Shown here: in pieces, positions 35,307-47,138 of the stretch
Position numbering within the stretch: position 1 is the first letter of the stretch
Layout: every line of letters starts with the position of its first letter
Assembly (NCBI RefSeq): GCF_032191835.1
Contig: NC_083227.1
Coordinates: 30,566,001-30,630,000 of the forward strand
DNA from: Heteronotia binoei
Lineage: Eukaryota
Length of the DNA stretch: 64,000 nucleotides
Reading direction: 5' to 3'
The notes under the pieces: model-generated
Seen by the model: the letters and a program-made list of their open reading frames with translations, nothing else
The model's database searches: none
Told to the model about the DNA's origin: nothing
Translations under genes and position numbers: made by a program

Positions 35307-36067
35307 GTGAGAGGATTTCGGTTTGGCCTTCCCCTGTACAAGCAAAATCTGTTCCACTCAGTGTGGAAGAAAGGGGATCATGGGAACTGAGCATTCTCCC
35401 ACCTCTTGCAGGCTTTTGACCAGGATCTAGTGCCACTCTCCGTAGAATTACACCCTTCTTGAGGTTGTTGATTCCCATGGACTTAGAAGGGTGTAACTCT
35501 CTTTAGAATGGCACTGTAAATGATCGCACAGATAACCTTTCTTCCTCCATGTCTAGCTTGTAATGAGAGCTGGAAAAGGTTTAGGAAAGAATAACTAGAA
35601 TAATAAAGTCTGCTTTTATTGGGAGGGGAAAGACATCAAGAGGAAATAGGAGAAAAGGTAAAGCTTCCTCCACTACTGTCCAGCCTAATTGTTAAGATCC
35701 TCTTCCCAGACTCTGTGCTCCTGCCTACAGAGTTGAAGCACAAGCTGAACAGACACAGGGCTTTAAATGGGGGGTGGGGGGGAGTGTCCTCTCCCTTGAC
35801 AACAGTGTCACAGTTTTTTAGGCACCAGGTCAAAAAGTTTCCATTTATTATTTGCTTTATTTATGTCCCACCTTTCTCTTCAGTGGGGTTCCAAAGAAAC
35901 TTACATTTTTCTCCTTACCTCCTTTTAAATCTCACAGCAACCCTGTGAGGTAGGTTAGGCTGAGAGTGTCTGACTGGTCCAAGCTTCCATAACAGAGAGT
36001 GCTGGTTTCCCAGATCCTAGTCCGACACTCAAACCATTGTGTCAAATTGGGTCGCTTTTTGCCCAGG

Positions 36068-36362
36068 ATTTGAACTTCTTCACCCAAAGGGTGATTAACT
36101 CTTGGAATTCACTGCTATAGGAGGTAGTGACAGCTACAAGCATGGGCAGTTTCAAGCGGGGATTGGATAAGCATATGGAGCAGAGGTCTGTCAGTGACTA
36201 TTAGCCACAGGATATAGATGAAGCAACAGTGGGAGGGCTTCTAGTGTCCTGGTCACATTAATGGACCTCCTGATGGCACCTGGTTTTTGGCTACTGTATG
36301 ACAGCATTGGACTTAATGGGCCATTGGCCAAATCCAACATGGCTTCTCTTATGTTCTTATGA
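36068..36362 (+). mobile_element. CR1 LINE 3' end
   Basis: ttcttcacccaaagggtgattaac...gggattggataagcatatggag...ccaacatggcttctcttatgttcttatg. Confidence 0.8.
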
Positions 36363-36751
36363 ACTGAGAGTTTCCATCTTTGTTGGTTGTTTTAATGGCT
36401 TGCTTCTCACCTAAGGTCAGTTTAACAGGTATTGTTGCATTGTTATTTTTGTAATGATTCATGGCATTTTTTATAAATAAATTCCCGCCTTGAGCTGATC
36501 TTTGGAGAAGATGGCATGTACTTTATCTGAATTAATAAACGATTTAACATTGTGAGTGGTATGGAGAGAGTGAAGCAGGCCTTGAAACACTGTATCATCA
36601 GTGTGCTGAGTTAGCGATTAATTGTGCTGGATCATAACGTGAATCATCGGAGCTAGTATCCTGTTTCTCACGGGGGCCAGAAGATGGTTCAGAAAAGAAC
36701 CCAAGCAGAGCATGAAGGCAATACCCCTTCCCAGCTTCTGGTACTTAGAGG

Positions 36752-36921
36752 CAGGAGTGGAATTCTAGCAGGAGCTCCTTTGCATATTAGGCCACACACC
36801 CCGATCTAGCCAATCCTCCAAGAGCTTACAAAAAAGAGCCTTGTAAGCTCCTGGAGGATTGGCTGCATCAGGGGTGTGTGGCCTAATATGCAAAGGAGCT
36901 CCTGCTAGAATTCCACCCCTG
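36752..36921. mobile_element. Palindromic hAT-like MITE
   Basis: caggagtggaattctagcagg...cctgctagaattccacccctg, a near-perfect fold-back. Confidence 0.85.
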
Positions 36922-37539
36922 CCTCTGGATATGGAGGTTCCATTTAGCTACTGTAGCTGGCTGCAGGCTTATCTGAATTTGTTTATAAAAATGGAGGAGG
37001 AGGGCAGTGAAGCTGGGAGGCATGTTTTCTACCACTGTCATCAGCTGCTATAGGATATGATGATAGCAATAAGTATGGGCATTTGTGTGTGTGTGTGTTT
37101 TGAGGGACCTACAGCCGGGAAAGCCCTGTCTAGGGTTATAATATCCTAAAGCTGTAGAGACTCTTAGAGGTCATCTAGTCAGCCGTGGGCCAGTGCAGGG
37201 AACCCAAACCTAGCACATTCTCAGTAGCTAACCTTTCTGTGTGTTCAGTGAACGCACAAAGTGAGGGAGCGGGTACTGGTGTGCCCCACCTGTGCAATCA
37301 CTGGCTTGTGAGTATGGCATCTGTGAGCAGTGGAAGCATATGCCCATTGGGAGAGTAGCATCCCTGGTCGTATGCAGAGAGCGTATGTGCGAACACTTCC
37401 TCCACACATACTCCCCCCTTGGCCATGCTCTGGCAGTTGCGCTGCGTTGGACCAACTTGCTTGTAATCAATCCCTCTCTATGTGTTTAGGTTATTTGCCA
37501 ACGAGTCACCTTGGTTGTTTTTTTTTGTTTACATTTGTG

Positions 37540-37753
37540 TGTGTATGTGTCCTTGTCTGGAAGTCATGGTGACCCCCTAGCAATTCCTGCTGGGACATGG
37601 AGGACGTTCAGAGAAGTGGCTTGATACAGCCTGCCTCTGCCTCCCGGTCTCGTATTCCTTGGAGGTCTCCCGTCCGAGTATTTACCAGGGTCAGCCTCGC
37701 TTAGCTTCTGAGCTCTGACAAGATCGGGCTTGCCTGGGCTATCCAGGTCACGG
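37540..37753 (-). mobile_element. 5S rRNA-derived SINE
   Basis: ggtctcccgtccgagtatttaccagggtcagcctcgcttagcttctgagctctgacaagatcgggc is the reverse complement of the 5S core. Confidence 0.75.
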
Positions 37754-37762
37754 TACCATCAA

Positions 37763-38062
37763 GTCACTTGTGATGTATGGAGACTCTATGAATTAATAAC
37801 CTCCAAGATGTCCTATTTCTGACAGCTTTGCTCAGGTCTTGCAAACTGAGGGTCGTGGCTTCCTTGATTGAGTCAGTCCATCTCATTTCGGGTCTTCCTT
37901 TTGTACTGCTGCCTTCAGCTTTTCCTAGCATGACTCTTTTCCACAGTGCGTCTTGTCTTATGATGATGTGACCAATGTACAATAGCTTCAGTTCAGTCAT
38001 TTCAGTTTCTAGGGAGAATTCAAGCTTGATTTTATCTAGAAGCCACTTATTTGTCTTTTTGG
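37763..38062 (-). mobile_element. RTE/BovB-like LINE 3' fragment
   Basis: ORF 37764..38147 reads WLLDKIKLEFSLETEMTELKLLYIGHIIIRQDALWKRVMLGKAEGSSTKGRPEMRWTDSIKE (RTE ORF C-terminus). Confidence 0.85.
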
Positions 38063-38164
38063 CAGTCCATGGCTGAGCACATGGAGGGGTCATGTGCAGA
38101 GGGTTTCTCCAACCTCCTGCTTGGAGACCCCCAGAGGGTGAGAGCACAGCATTTGCCCCTGGAG

Positions 38165-38285
38165 AACAGGCTTCAATGAATTTGAGCAGACTTCGGAGGA
38201 CAGTGGAAGACAGGAGGGCCTGGTGTGACTTGGTCCATGGGGTCGCAAAGAGTCGGACTCAACCGTGCGACTGAACAACAACAAA
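38165..38285 (+). mobile_element. BovB-type 3' tail
   Basis: gacagtggaagacaggagggcctgg...ccatggggtcgcaaagagtcggactc...gactgaacaacaacaa. Confidence 0.75.
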
Positions 38286-38494
38286 CGGGTTTCAGTGCTG
38301 AAGCTCTATTGCCTCTAGAAGTTTTTCCTAATGTTCAACCAAAACCTGTCTTCCTATGACTTAATTCCATTGGTCTTTCCTTCTGGAGAAAACAAGTGCA
38401 AGACTTGGCCTTTTTCCTAGTTTATCCAGGCACAGTTGTGCAGCTTTCAGTAGCTGTTATAGCTAAGTGGAACAGAGGAAGGAAGGTAAGTTGA

Positions 38495-38866
38495 ATCATA
38501 GAGTTGGAAGGGACCTCCAGGGTCATATAGTCCAACCCCCTGCACAATGCAGGAAACCCACAAATACCTCCCCCTAAATTCACAGGATCCTCATTGCTAT
38601 CAGATGGCCATCTAGCCTCTGTTTAAAAACCTCCAAGGAAGGAGAGCCCACCACCTCCTGAGGAAACCTGTTCCACTGTGGAACCTCTCTAATGGTCAGG
38701 AAGTTCTTCCTAATGTTGAGCCGGAAACTCTTTTGATTTAATTTCAACCCACTGATTCTGGTCCTACCTTCTGGGGCCACAGAAAACAATTCCACACCAT
38801 TCTCTATATGATAGCCCTTCAAGTGCTTGAAGATGGTAATCATATCACCTCTCAGCCACCTCCTCT
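38495..38866 (-). mobile_element. CR1 LINE 3' fragment
   Basis: ORF 38580..38843 reads MITIFKHLKGYHIENGVELFSVAPEGRTRISGLKLNQKSFRLNIRKNFLT (CR1 ORF2 C-terminus). Confidence 0.9.
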
Positions 38867-39053
38867 AGGCAGGTAGATAGGGAGGGGAGAGAGGTGGAAA
38901 GAAAGCAACTTTAAATGCCTTCTCTAAGCTAGCCAATGGGGTGGTGGGGACTTCAAGAGCCTCACGATATGTGTGAGAGAGCCACATGAGGCTCCCAAGC
39001 CACAGTTCGGCCACCCGTACTATATAACTATCATTTATTTGTTTCTGTTTCAG

Positions 39054-39168
39054 GTGTCGGAGTCCTTGGAGAAGGTGGCTGTGAAATCTTGCAAGACAGA
39101 GCAGGCTAGGATGACACAGCTCTGTGGGAAGGCCAAGCAAAAGACTGAGGGGGAGATCAACTTGCTAT
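39054..39168 (+). CDS. Gene C internal exon (degenerate KRAB-A-like)
   Basis: Acceptor tttgtttctgtttcag|, donor T|gtaag. 115 bp, phase 0 to 1, which bridges the SCAN and ZF exons in frame. VSESLEKVAVKSCKTEQ resembles VTFEEVAVYFTEEE. Confidence 0.85.
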
Positions 39169-39364
39169 GTAAGGCTGCTCTGATATGATGTGAATTTCTA
39201 AAAGGGCTTCTGCAGACACTCTCTCTCTCTCTCTCTCTCTGTTTTTCCTCCAAGGATGCTCTGAATTCAACATTTAAGCAAGCAAATGAGGCAGTCAGTG
39301 CAACTCAGCCCTGGGTGTATTTCTTGTGCTAGCAGATAATTTTTACCCTCAGTAAATAATCGTG

Positions 39365-39581
39365 GTGGTGGAAAGTGCTATCAAGTCACAACCAGCTTAT
39401 GGTGACCCTGTAGGCTTTTCGAGGCAAGAGACAAACAGAAGTGGTTTGCCGTTGCCTGCCTCTGCATAGCAACCCTGGACTTCCTTGATGGTCTCCCATC
39501 CAAAGACCAACCAGAACCAACCCTGCTTAGCTTCCAAGATCTGACAAAATTGAGTTATCCTGGGCCATCCAGGTCAGGACA
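39365..39581 (-). mobile_element. 5S rRNA-derived SINE
   Basis: gtctcccatccaaag...ccctgcttagcttccaagatctgacaaaattg...gggccatccaggtcagg. Confidence 0.75.
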
Positions 39582-39671
39582 TTATGATTATGAAGATTAT
39601 GTATTATACAAATTGCTGTCCAATCCTAACTTTGGCTGCACATAAAGTAGCCTTATACTGAGAGACGAGAG

Positions 39672-40112
39672 GGGATTGGATAAACATGGAGCAGAATTCC
39701 ATCAGTGGCTATTAGCTGCAGGGCATAGATGGAACTCTCTGTCTGGGGCAGCAATACTAATCATACCTTATGAAGCTGCCTTATATGAATCAGACCCTCG
39801 GTTCACTAAAGTCAGTATTGTCTACAGACTGGCAGCGGCTCTCCAGGGTTTCAAGCTGAGGTTTTTCACACATATTTGCCTGGACTCTTTTTAGTTGGAG
39901 ATGCTTGGAATTGAACCTGGGACCTTCTGCTTACCAAGCAGATGCTCTACAACTGAGCCATCCCTCCCCAAATACCCTGTATTCTTGGTGCTCGGGAGAG
40001 TGGCAACAGTGAAAGGGCTTCTAGTGTCCTGGCCCCACTGATGGATCTCCTGATGGCACTTGGGGTTTTTTTTGGACTGGATGGGCCACTGGCCTGATCC
40101 AACATGGCTTCT
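39672..40112 (+). mobile_element. CR1 3' end interrupted by a minus-strand Squam3-like SINE (~39765-39969)
   Basis: CR1 tail halves ...ctctgtctggggcagcaatac and cctgtattcttggtgc... enclose a full reverse-complement tRNA SINE. Confidence 0.75.
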
Positions 40113-40519
40113 CTTGTTCTGATGTTAAGGGGAAATCCCACTGATTGGGACCAGTCCAGAATTTTGTTTATTTAATGGTATTATCCGTTTGTGAACCATT
40201 TTGGGACCTTCTGAGAAGAAAAGCAGCACACAAATACTGTAAATAAATATATCAAAGAAATCCTGTACAACTGCAGTAGACCCTATTGTGTGTAGGCCCC
40301 AGCTGTGTACTCTGTGCATGCTGTGGTTTTCTGGTATACAGATAATGTGTTTGGGGCAGGTAGATACTGGAGTTCAGTGTATATATAGCCCTTTGTGCAA
40401 ATGTGCCAGTCCAACTTATAGATGCTGAGCACAGGCTGCCTGAGTAAGGTGGGGGATGAAACCATTTTTGCACACAATATCAAAGGTTTTGACTGCTCAC
40501 GTTCTCTTCTTTCCATCAG

Positions 40520-41910
40520 GTGATGAACAAACAGGTAGAAAAGATCAACACCCAATTTATCCCAAAACATCTAAAGACATGGAAGTTGGTGGTGCTGTAT
40601 CTGACAAAGCTCAGTGGAATGCTTTCCAGTTTTCTGAAACAGAAAACATGTCTGGAATTCAGCAAAATCCAGAGAGGCATGACAGAAATTACACTCCGGG
40701 GAATAAAGATAGAAACTCTTTGTGGGAGGAAGCTCACAGAGGTGGTGAAATCATAAACAAAAGTGCCTTGCCCGAGAGAATCCATAAACAGAACAGGACA
40801 CGCTCTGGCTGTGCAAAGAACACTAGCCAAAATTCTGACCTTCTGAAGCATCAGATAATGCTGACTGAAGAAAAAACATGTCAGCATACTGATGGTCGGA
40901 CAAGTTCCAGCTGGAAATCAGGCATTCAACAGGAGAAAACACAAACAGATAAGCTGCCTACCAACTCTTATTGTGGAAATAACTTCAGTCCAGCAGAACT
41001 CCAAAGCAGTCCTTGCAGAATACTTGCAGGAGAGAAGCCACAGAAATGTTCTGAATGTGGGAGTACTTTCAGTCAGAGCACAGGCCTTCATGAAGAGGAT
41101 ACAGGAGATAGACTTTATATATGCTCCAACTGTGGTAAAAGCTTTGTTTATGGAAAACAGGAAAGTCCATACCCACAAGAGAAACCATCCAACCCTTCAG
41201 AAACTGAAAAAAGTATTCCTCAGACCTCTGATCTTCCCACAGGAGAAAAACCATTTACGTGTTCAGATTGTGGGAAAACCTTCAGCTTTAGGTCCAGCCT
41301 TGTTCGTCATCAGAGACTCCACACAGGAGAGAAACCATATAAATGTTTAGACTGTGGGAAAAATTTCAGTCAGAGTTCCAACCTTCTAAATCACCAGAGG
41401 ATCCATACAGGAGAGAAGCCGTACAGCTGTATAAACTGTGGGAAATCCTTCAGTAACAGTTCGAGCCTTACATCTCATGAGAGAACCCACAGAGGAGAAA
41501 AGCCTTATAAGTGTTCCAGTTGTGGGAAGAACTTCAGTTGTAATTCAGTCCTCAGGATACACGAAAGAATTCACACAGGAGAGAAGCCGTATGAGTGTAC
41601 AGAATGTGGGAAGAGCTTTAGCCGGAGAGAATTCCTGATCGGGCATCAGCGAACTCACACAGGTGAGAAGCCATACGAGTGCTCGGACTGTGGGAAAAGT
41701 TTCAGTCAGAGGTCAAACCTTATTAATCATCAGAGAAGTCACACTGGAGAGAAGCCGTTTGAGTGCTCAGACTGTGGGAAAAGATTCAGTCATAAAGCAT
41801 CCCTCCTTAAACATGAGAGACACCATATAAAGGTGCCAGAAAAGAGCAAAGTTCAAACCATATTGCCCATGGGAGAGCAGACACAAGAGATCAAACCAGA
41901 TCCATGGTGA
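40520..41910 (+). CDS. Gene C terminal exon: spacer, about 6 degenerate fingers and 7 intact C2H2 fingers
   Basis: Acceptor ttctcttctttccatcag| (phase 1). Intact fingers from FTCSDC to HERHH. Stop tga at 41908-41910. Confidence 0.95.
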
Positions 41911-42904
41911 GCCTGCAGGGAGAGTATACATGGTTAGCAGAAAACCCAGAGGAGAAAACCGAATCAGATTGTGAAAACTGCTTCAATCTGAGCTGCCCCA
42001 CATTCAGCCTGAGAAAATATGTGCAAAAAAGAACCTATGTAGTTGCTCAGACTGCAGGAAAATCTTCATGAATGAGCTCTGTAGCCCTTTTTTTTTCACT
42101 GTCAAAATCACCTTTGAAAGTGTCCAAGGGATCCATTTGATCTGAAGGCCACTATTCCCAGGTTACTTCATGCTCCTTCATTTCTGTGGCATCCTGTAAA
42201 AGTGTTGTCAGTTAGCAAGCTCAGTATCAAATGTGCCTGGATCTTCACATCTCTTCAGTCTGAAACACTAACCAAGCTGAAACACTAACCAGGCTGCTAT
42301 CCCAGGAGTGTGGGGCAATGGTTAAAGCAGCAATCCTCCCAGACTCTGTACATGGAGAGCTGTGTGTGGACTGTTCTCTAGAAGGTCCTGGTATAAATTT
42401 TCCTTCTCCCTCCCGTTGCCTTGATGCTGTGAACTGGCCAAGCTTTTGTCAAGTATCTCCACTGGTTCTTGTATTGGTACACAAGCCGCCCCCAGAAGAA
42501 GCAGGCCTTGGCTAGATGAAAGTGGCCTGGCTGAGACGCAGAATCCACAGGTAGTCGGTGCTGAGGGAAGGGTTTGCACTGAGTCCTGAGGGGAGCCGCA
42601 CCACATGTTCTACTTTCTGTGCACATAAGGTGCAGAATTGCGGCCTTATAACACAAGATGAGAAGTTTTAAATTCTGTCTCGGTTGTAAACTCAGTCAGT
42701 ATTTTGTTGCCAAGCCAAAGCAACAGAATACAAGTTAAAATAAAGGCATTTTAAACAAATTCTCTCACCTCAGTATGTGCTCCCCCACCACCACTGCCAT
42801 TGAGACACCAAGTCTGAAGAGATAAGATGGGATATAAGTATTTTAAATGAATGTCAGGATTGCTGAGGTAATGTATGGGAAGTTCTATGAATCACCATAT
42901 AAGT

Positions 42905-43395
42905 ATTGGGTTTGGGACTTTCCAGTTTGGAAAAGAGACGACTAAAGGGGACATGATAAAGATTTATAAATTATGCATGAGGTGGAGAGCGTTGACAAAG
43001 AGAATTGTTTTCTCCCTCACAAAATTCTAGGGCATCCAACGAAGCTGATGGGCAGTAGGTTTGGGATGGACAAAGAGAAATACTTCTTTACACAAAGAGT
43101 GATTAAAATGTGGAATTTGTTGCCAGAGGATGTAATGATGGCTGCAGAAATAAACAGTTTTAAAAGGGAATTTGATAGATTCATGGAGGATAAGTCTGCC
43201 AATGGCTACTAGCCACAGTGGCTGAGGGGAACCTCCACATTCAGAGGCACTGAACCTCTGAATCCCAGAGCTAGGAGGCAACATCTGGGGAAAGCCTTGG
43301 CCTCTATGCCCTGTTGTGGGCCATCCAGAGGACTGGGTGAGACAGGATGCTAGACTAGATGGACCATTGGTCTGATCCAGCAAGGGCTCTTCTTA
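42905..43395 (+). mobile_element. CR1 LINE 3' fragment (ORF2 C-terminus plus 3' UTR)
   Basis: ORF 42973..43212 reads ...GSRFGMDKEKYFFTQRVIKMWNLLPEDV...SFKREFDRFMED. Tail ctgatccagcaagggctcttcttacattct. Confidence 0.85.
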
Positions 43396-44569
43396 CATTC
43401 TCAAACACAGTTGTGTTATTACATTGTTTTCCTCACAGTTTGTTCTTTCCTGACTATGTGAATCTGCCTCATATGGATTCAGACAATGGCTCTGTCATGT
43501 GGTCTCCAGGGTATTGGGTAGCAAAAGGTCTTTCACATCACTTACTGCCTAGATTTTTTTAACTGGAGGTGCCAAGCATTGGACCTGGGGCCTTCTACGT
43601 GGAAAGCAAGTAGTGCCCTTCCCCTTACCTCTTGTGTAGGAAGCAGAGGAATCCCAGCATCTTCTTCAGGGCCATGAAGTTACTTTGGTTGTACATGTCA
43701 AGTAACAAAGGCCATCAGAAATGTAGCAGCTGTGTTTTCAGCTGAATTGTATGTACGGTTGCCAATTCCAGCCCGGGAAATTCCCAGATATTTGGGGGTT
43801 GTGCTTGGGGAGGGGAGACAGCTCAGTGGAAATGAATAACTTAGAGTCCACCCACTGAATCTGCCATTTCTTCCAGGAGAGTTGAACTCTGTAGCATGGG
43901 GATCAGTTGTAATTCCAGGAGAACGCCAAGGCCCACCTGGGGACAGGTAACCCTAGCTGCACATTTTTTACTATGCTATGCAAGAGTAGAAACAAGTTAG
44001 TATTGAGGATCCAGAGAAGCTCAGTTTTCCGTTTAAAAAATAAGTTTCTAGTTCTTCAGGTGTTCAAATAGGTATGTCAGCTATACCGCGTAAAGCTTCA
44101 AGGGGCTGGTCTGGGTAGTAATTTCAATATTTTGGGATGGGATTTCTCTCCCCTTTTTGATTAGAAGTGGCAGAACCATTAAAAAGGGAAGTGTGGGTTG
44201 CAAACTTTAATTGGTTTAGTGGATCGACTGATTTGCCAGATCTTTAGCTGGTTAAATAGTAGAAAATTGTAATTGGTAAAGGGCAACCATAATCTGCAGG
44301 GGCTGCTAGTAAAAAAGCGCACTTGTTTGATTCTCATGGGGGCGGGATTGGAAGCCTATTAGATTCTGTTGTGTTACTGGAATAGGGAATGAAAAAGAGA
44401 ACATTAAATATGGCCTTTTCTTCTCATGAATATTTGTGTTTTTGTGTATCAAAGTGTAAGTTACATCAACCATTCTTTCAGTATTTCAGAAATGCTAAAG
44501 TTTTGGTCATAAACTGATCTATAGAAAATTATTCAATTAAAATGATGACTCACCTTTTCTCCCTTTTTT

Positions 44570-45085
44570 TTGCTGTCAAGTCACTGAGCTGACTTATGGC
44601 GACCCTGTGGTGTTTCCAGGGCAACAGACTTCCAGAGGTGATTTGCTTCTGTAGAGTGATCCCTGAGTTCCCAAGTGGAAAGCCATCCGAATACTCCTCA
44701 GGGCTGACCCTGCTTAGTTTCCAGGATCCGATGCAATCAGATTAGCATGGGCTATCCAAACCTATGCATCCTTTTATTATTTATGGCCCTGAAAATGCTG
44801 GATACACAACATTTGCATCCTTTGCATCATTTATATCAGAATTAGCTTATCTTTATGCAGAATCTTGATTTTAAGTACTCAGCCCCAACTGATTCTCTCA
44901 CCCCTAATTCTCCCCTCGGGGAGTTTGGTAAAGTAATCGAAAATGCTATCAAGTCACAGTCAGCTTACAGTGACCCATAGAGTTTTCAAGGCAAGAGACA
45001 AACAGAGGCGGTTTGCCATTGCCTGCCTCTGTGTCATCCTTGTTGGTCTCCCATCCAAGTATTAGCCAATGCCAACCCTGCCCCC
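44570..45085 (-). mobile_element. Two degenerate 5S-derived SINE copies (44570-44760 and 44940-45085)
   Basis: ccctgcttagtttccaggatccgatg and gtctcccatccaagtattagcc cores with reverse-complement RTE-type tails. Confidence 0.6.
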
Positions 45086-46375
45086 TTACTTCCAGGCAGG
45101 GCCCCTGACTCCCAGGTGGCCCCACTGGGGTGAAGCCTGCTTTTTGATTTTTCTTTGCCGTGGCTGAATCAGTGAAGCATCAGCAGCTGGAGCTGGGAGA
45201 GCTAATCAGGGCACACAGTATATTGCAGCAGCAAGAGCAGCAGGCAAAGAGGAGGGAGGCGGAGGAGCAGAAGGTGGAGGAAGCTGTGTGGAATGGGCCG
45301 GACAGATGGAGCTGCTGGCTGCAAAGTGCTTACAAAACATACAAACCTGCTTGCAAGCAAGGTGCAGTCACTTCTTGACTCCAAAGTTTAAGGGCTGGCT
45401 GCCTTGACTTGGCCACATTCAGAGCCTCCAGGTTTTGCCCTACCTCAGAAAGCTTCTGATAAGTGGCAAGCCTTGCAGTGGATGGGAAAGGGTGCCATCT
45501 TGGGCAGGTTTTTAAAAAACTTTTAAAATCCCAGCTACAGCCCTGGCCTTACCGCTGCTCCACATGAACTGAGGTAGGGATGCAAGCTTCCAGGTGGGAC
45601 CTGGGGATCCCCCAGAATTACAGCTAATCTCCAGCCTACAAAGATCAGTTCCCCTAAAAAAAAAAAAATGGCTGCTTTGGAAAGTGGACTTTGTGGCATT
45701 GTACTCCACTGAGGTCCCTGTCCTCCCTAGGCTACACTTCAAGTCTCCAGGAGTTTCCCAACCTGGATATGGCAACCTTATCCCACAGTGGAATCTGCAT
45801 ATTCCCTTTCTGCAGACACTCCACTGGCCACGGAGCAATTATGAAATTCAATTAATTGTTCTAGTTACCACAACAAAGCCCTTAAAAGCACTGGAATCAA
45901 ATACATGCAGGACTATCTCTTGTGTTCTGTCGTGAGTTGTGACATCTCCACTTGTTTCAGCAAAGCCCTCTCAAGGTGCCAACCTGCAAACAGGTAAGAT
46001 TGGCAACTGCCCATTCACATACTCTCTGCGTTAGCTCCTATATTGTGGAACAGTCTACCTGAGGGTCTTAGGAAGGTCCCCACATGTCTATTGTTTTGCA
46101 AAATGTGGGAAATAGTATTGGTCAGGCAGGCATTCTTGTCAAGGCAGCAAAGCAGCAGCATAATGGATCAGCTCCAAAGAGGACTTTTATCAGGGATAAA
46201 GGTTTCCCAACATTGATGGTCTTGTTGTCTTAAACAGAACTTTCACTTGCACTGTTCTTGTTTTTCCCATTGTACAGTTCCAGCCCAACTGCATTATTTT
46301 GTTTTACTAGGAAACTTTGCTGTTAAGATTCAAATGTTATCTTGCAATTCACTTACTCATTCACTGAAGTTACTA

Positions 46376-47138
46376 TGGCCCTTTTCACACTTACCAGTGG
46401 AAGCCGGAAGGGAGTCGGTATTGTGCCGCCTTGCAGTAATCCGAGACAGGGATGGGAGTTTTCAGACACATGTTTTTTTTTCCGATAGGGTTCCGTGATT
46501 GAAGCGATCCATTTCACACTGTTCCGCTCTTATCTCGCTTCCACCAGCGCCAGCTGTTTTCGCCTGCCGGCTCGCGATCTCCAGCTTATCTTTTTTTTTT
46601 TTTGGAACGTCCGGCTGAGATCGCTATAGCGCTATAGCGACGTATCACAACAGCAACACCATAGAGATGGCTAGGCTCTATTGAGATAAGTTACCAGATT
46701 TCAGCGGCGGCAATATCTGGCATTTTAATGGAGCCCAGGCATCCCTATGGTGATGCTGTTGTGATACGTCACTATAGCGCTATAGCGATCTTAGCCGACG
46801 TTCCCCCCCCCAAAAAAGCCGGAGATTGCGCGCGCCGGCGGGCGAAAAAGGGCGCGAAAACTGCTCCCGGGTTAGATACTGGACATTTCACACAGCATCC
46901 CATAGCGATTTCAACCCGGAAGAAGGGGTTGAAAAGTGGAAGAAGCTGCTCTTTGTTAGTAACGACTCAGGCATGCCTCACTACCGGGACAGCCGCGGGA
47001 CTGTGTGAAAAGGTGAGAGTATTCCGGTAGCAGCCAGTTACTGAATCGGGTCTGTCTGAAATGCCAGCAGAAACCCGTTACTGATCAGTAACTGACCAGC
47101 TGGCATACCGGAATACTTAGGCTGTGTGAAAAAGATCA
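46376..47138. mobile_element. PIF/Harbinger-type non-autonomous element with internal hairpin
   Basis: TIRs tggcccttttcacac / gtgtgaaaaagatca (12/15). Flanks cta / taa are TWA-like 3-bp TSDs. CpG-rich, with internal inverted arms 46556-46669 / 46740-46848. Confidence 0.75.
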
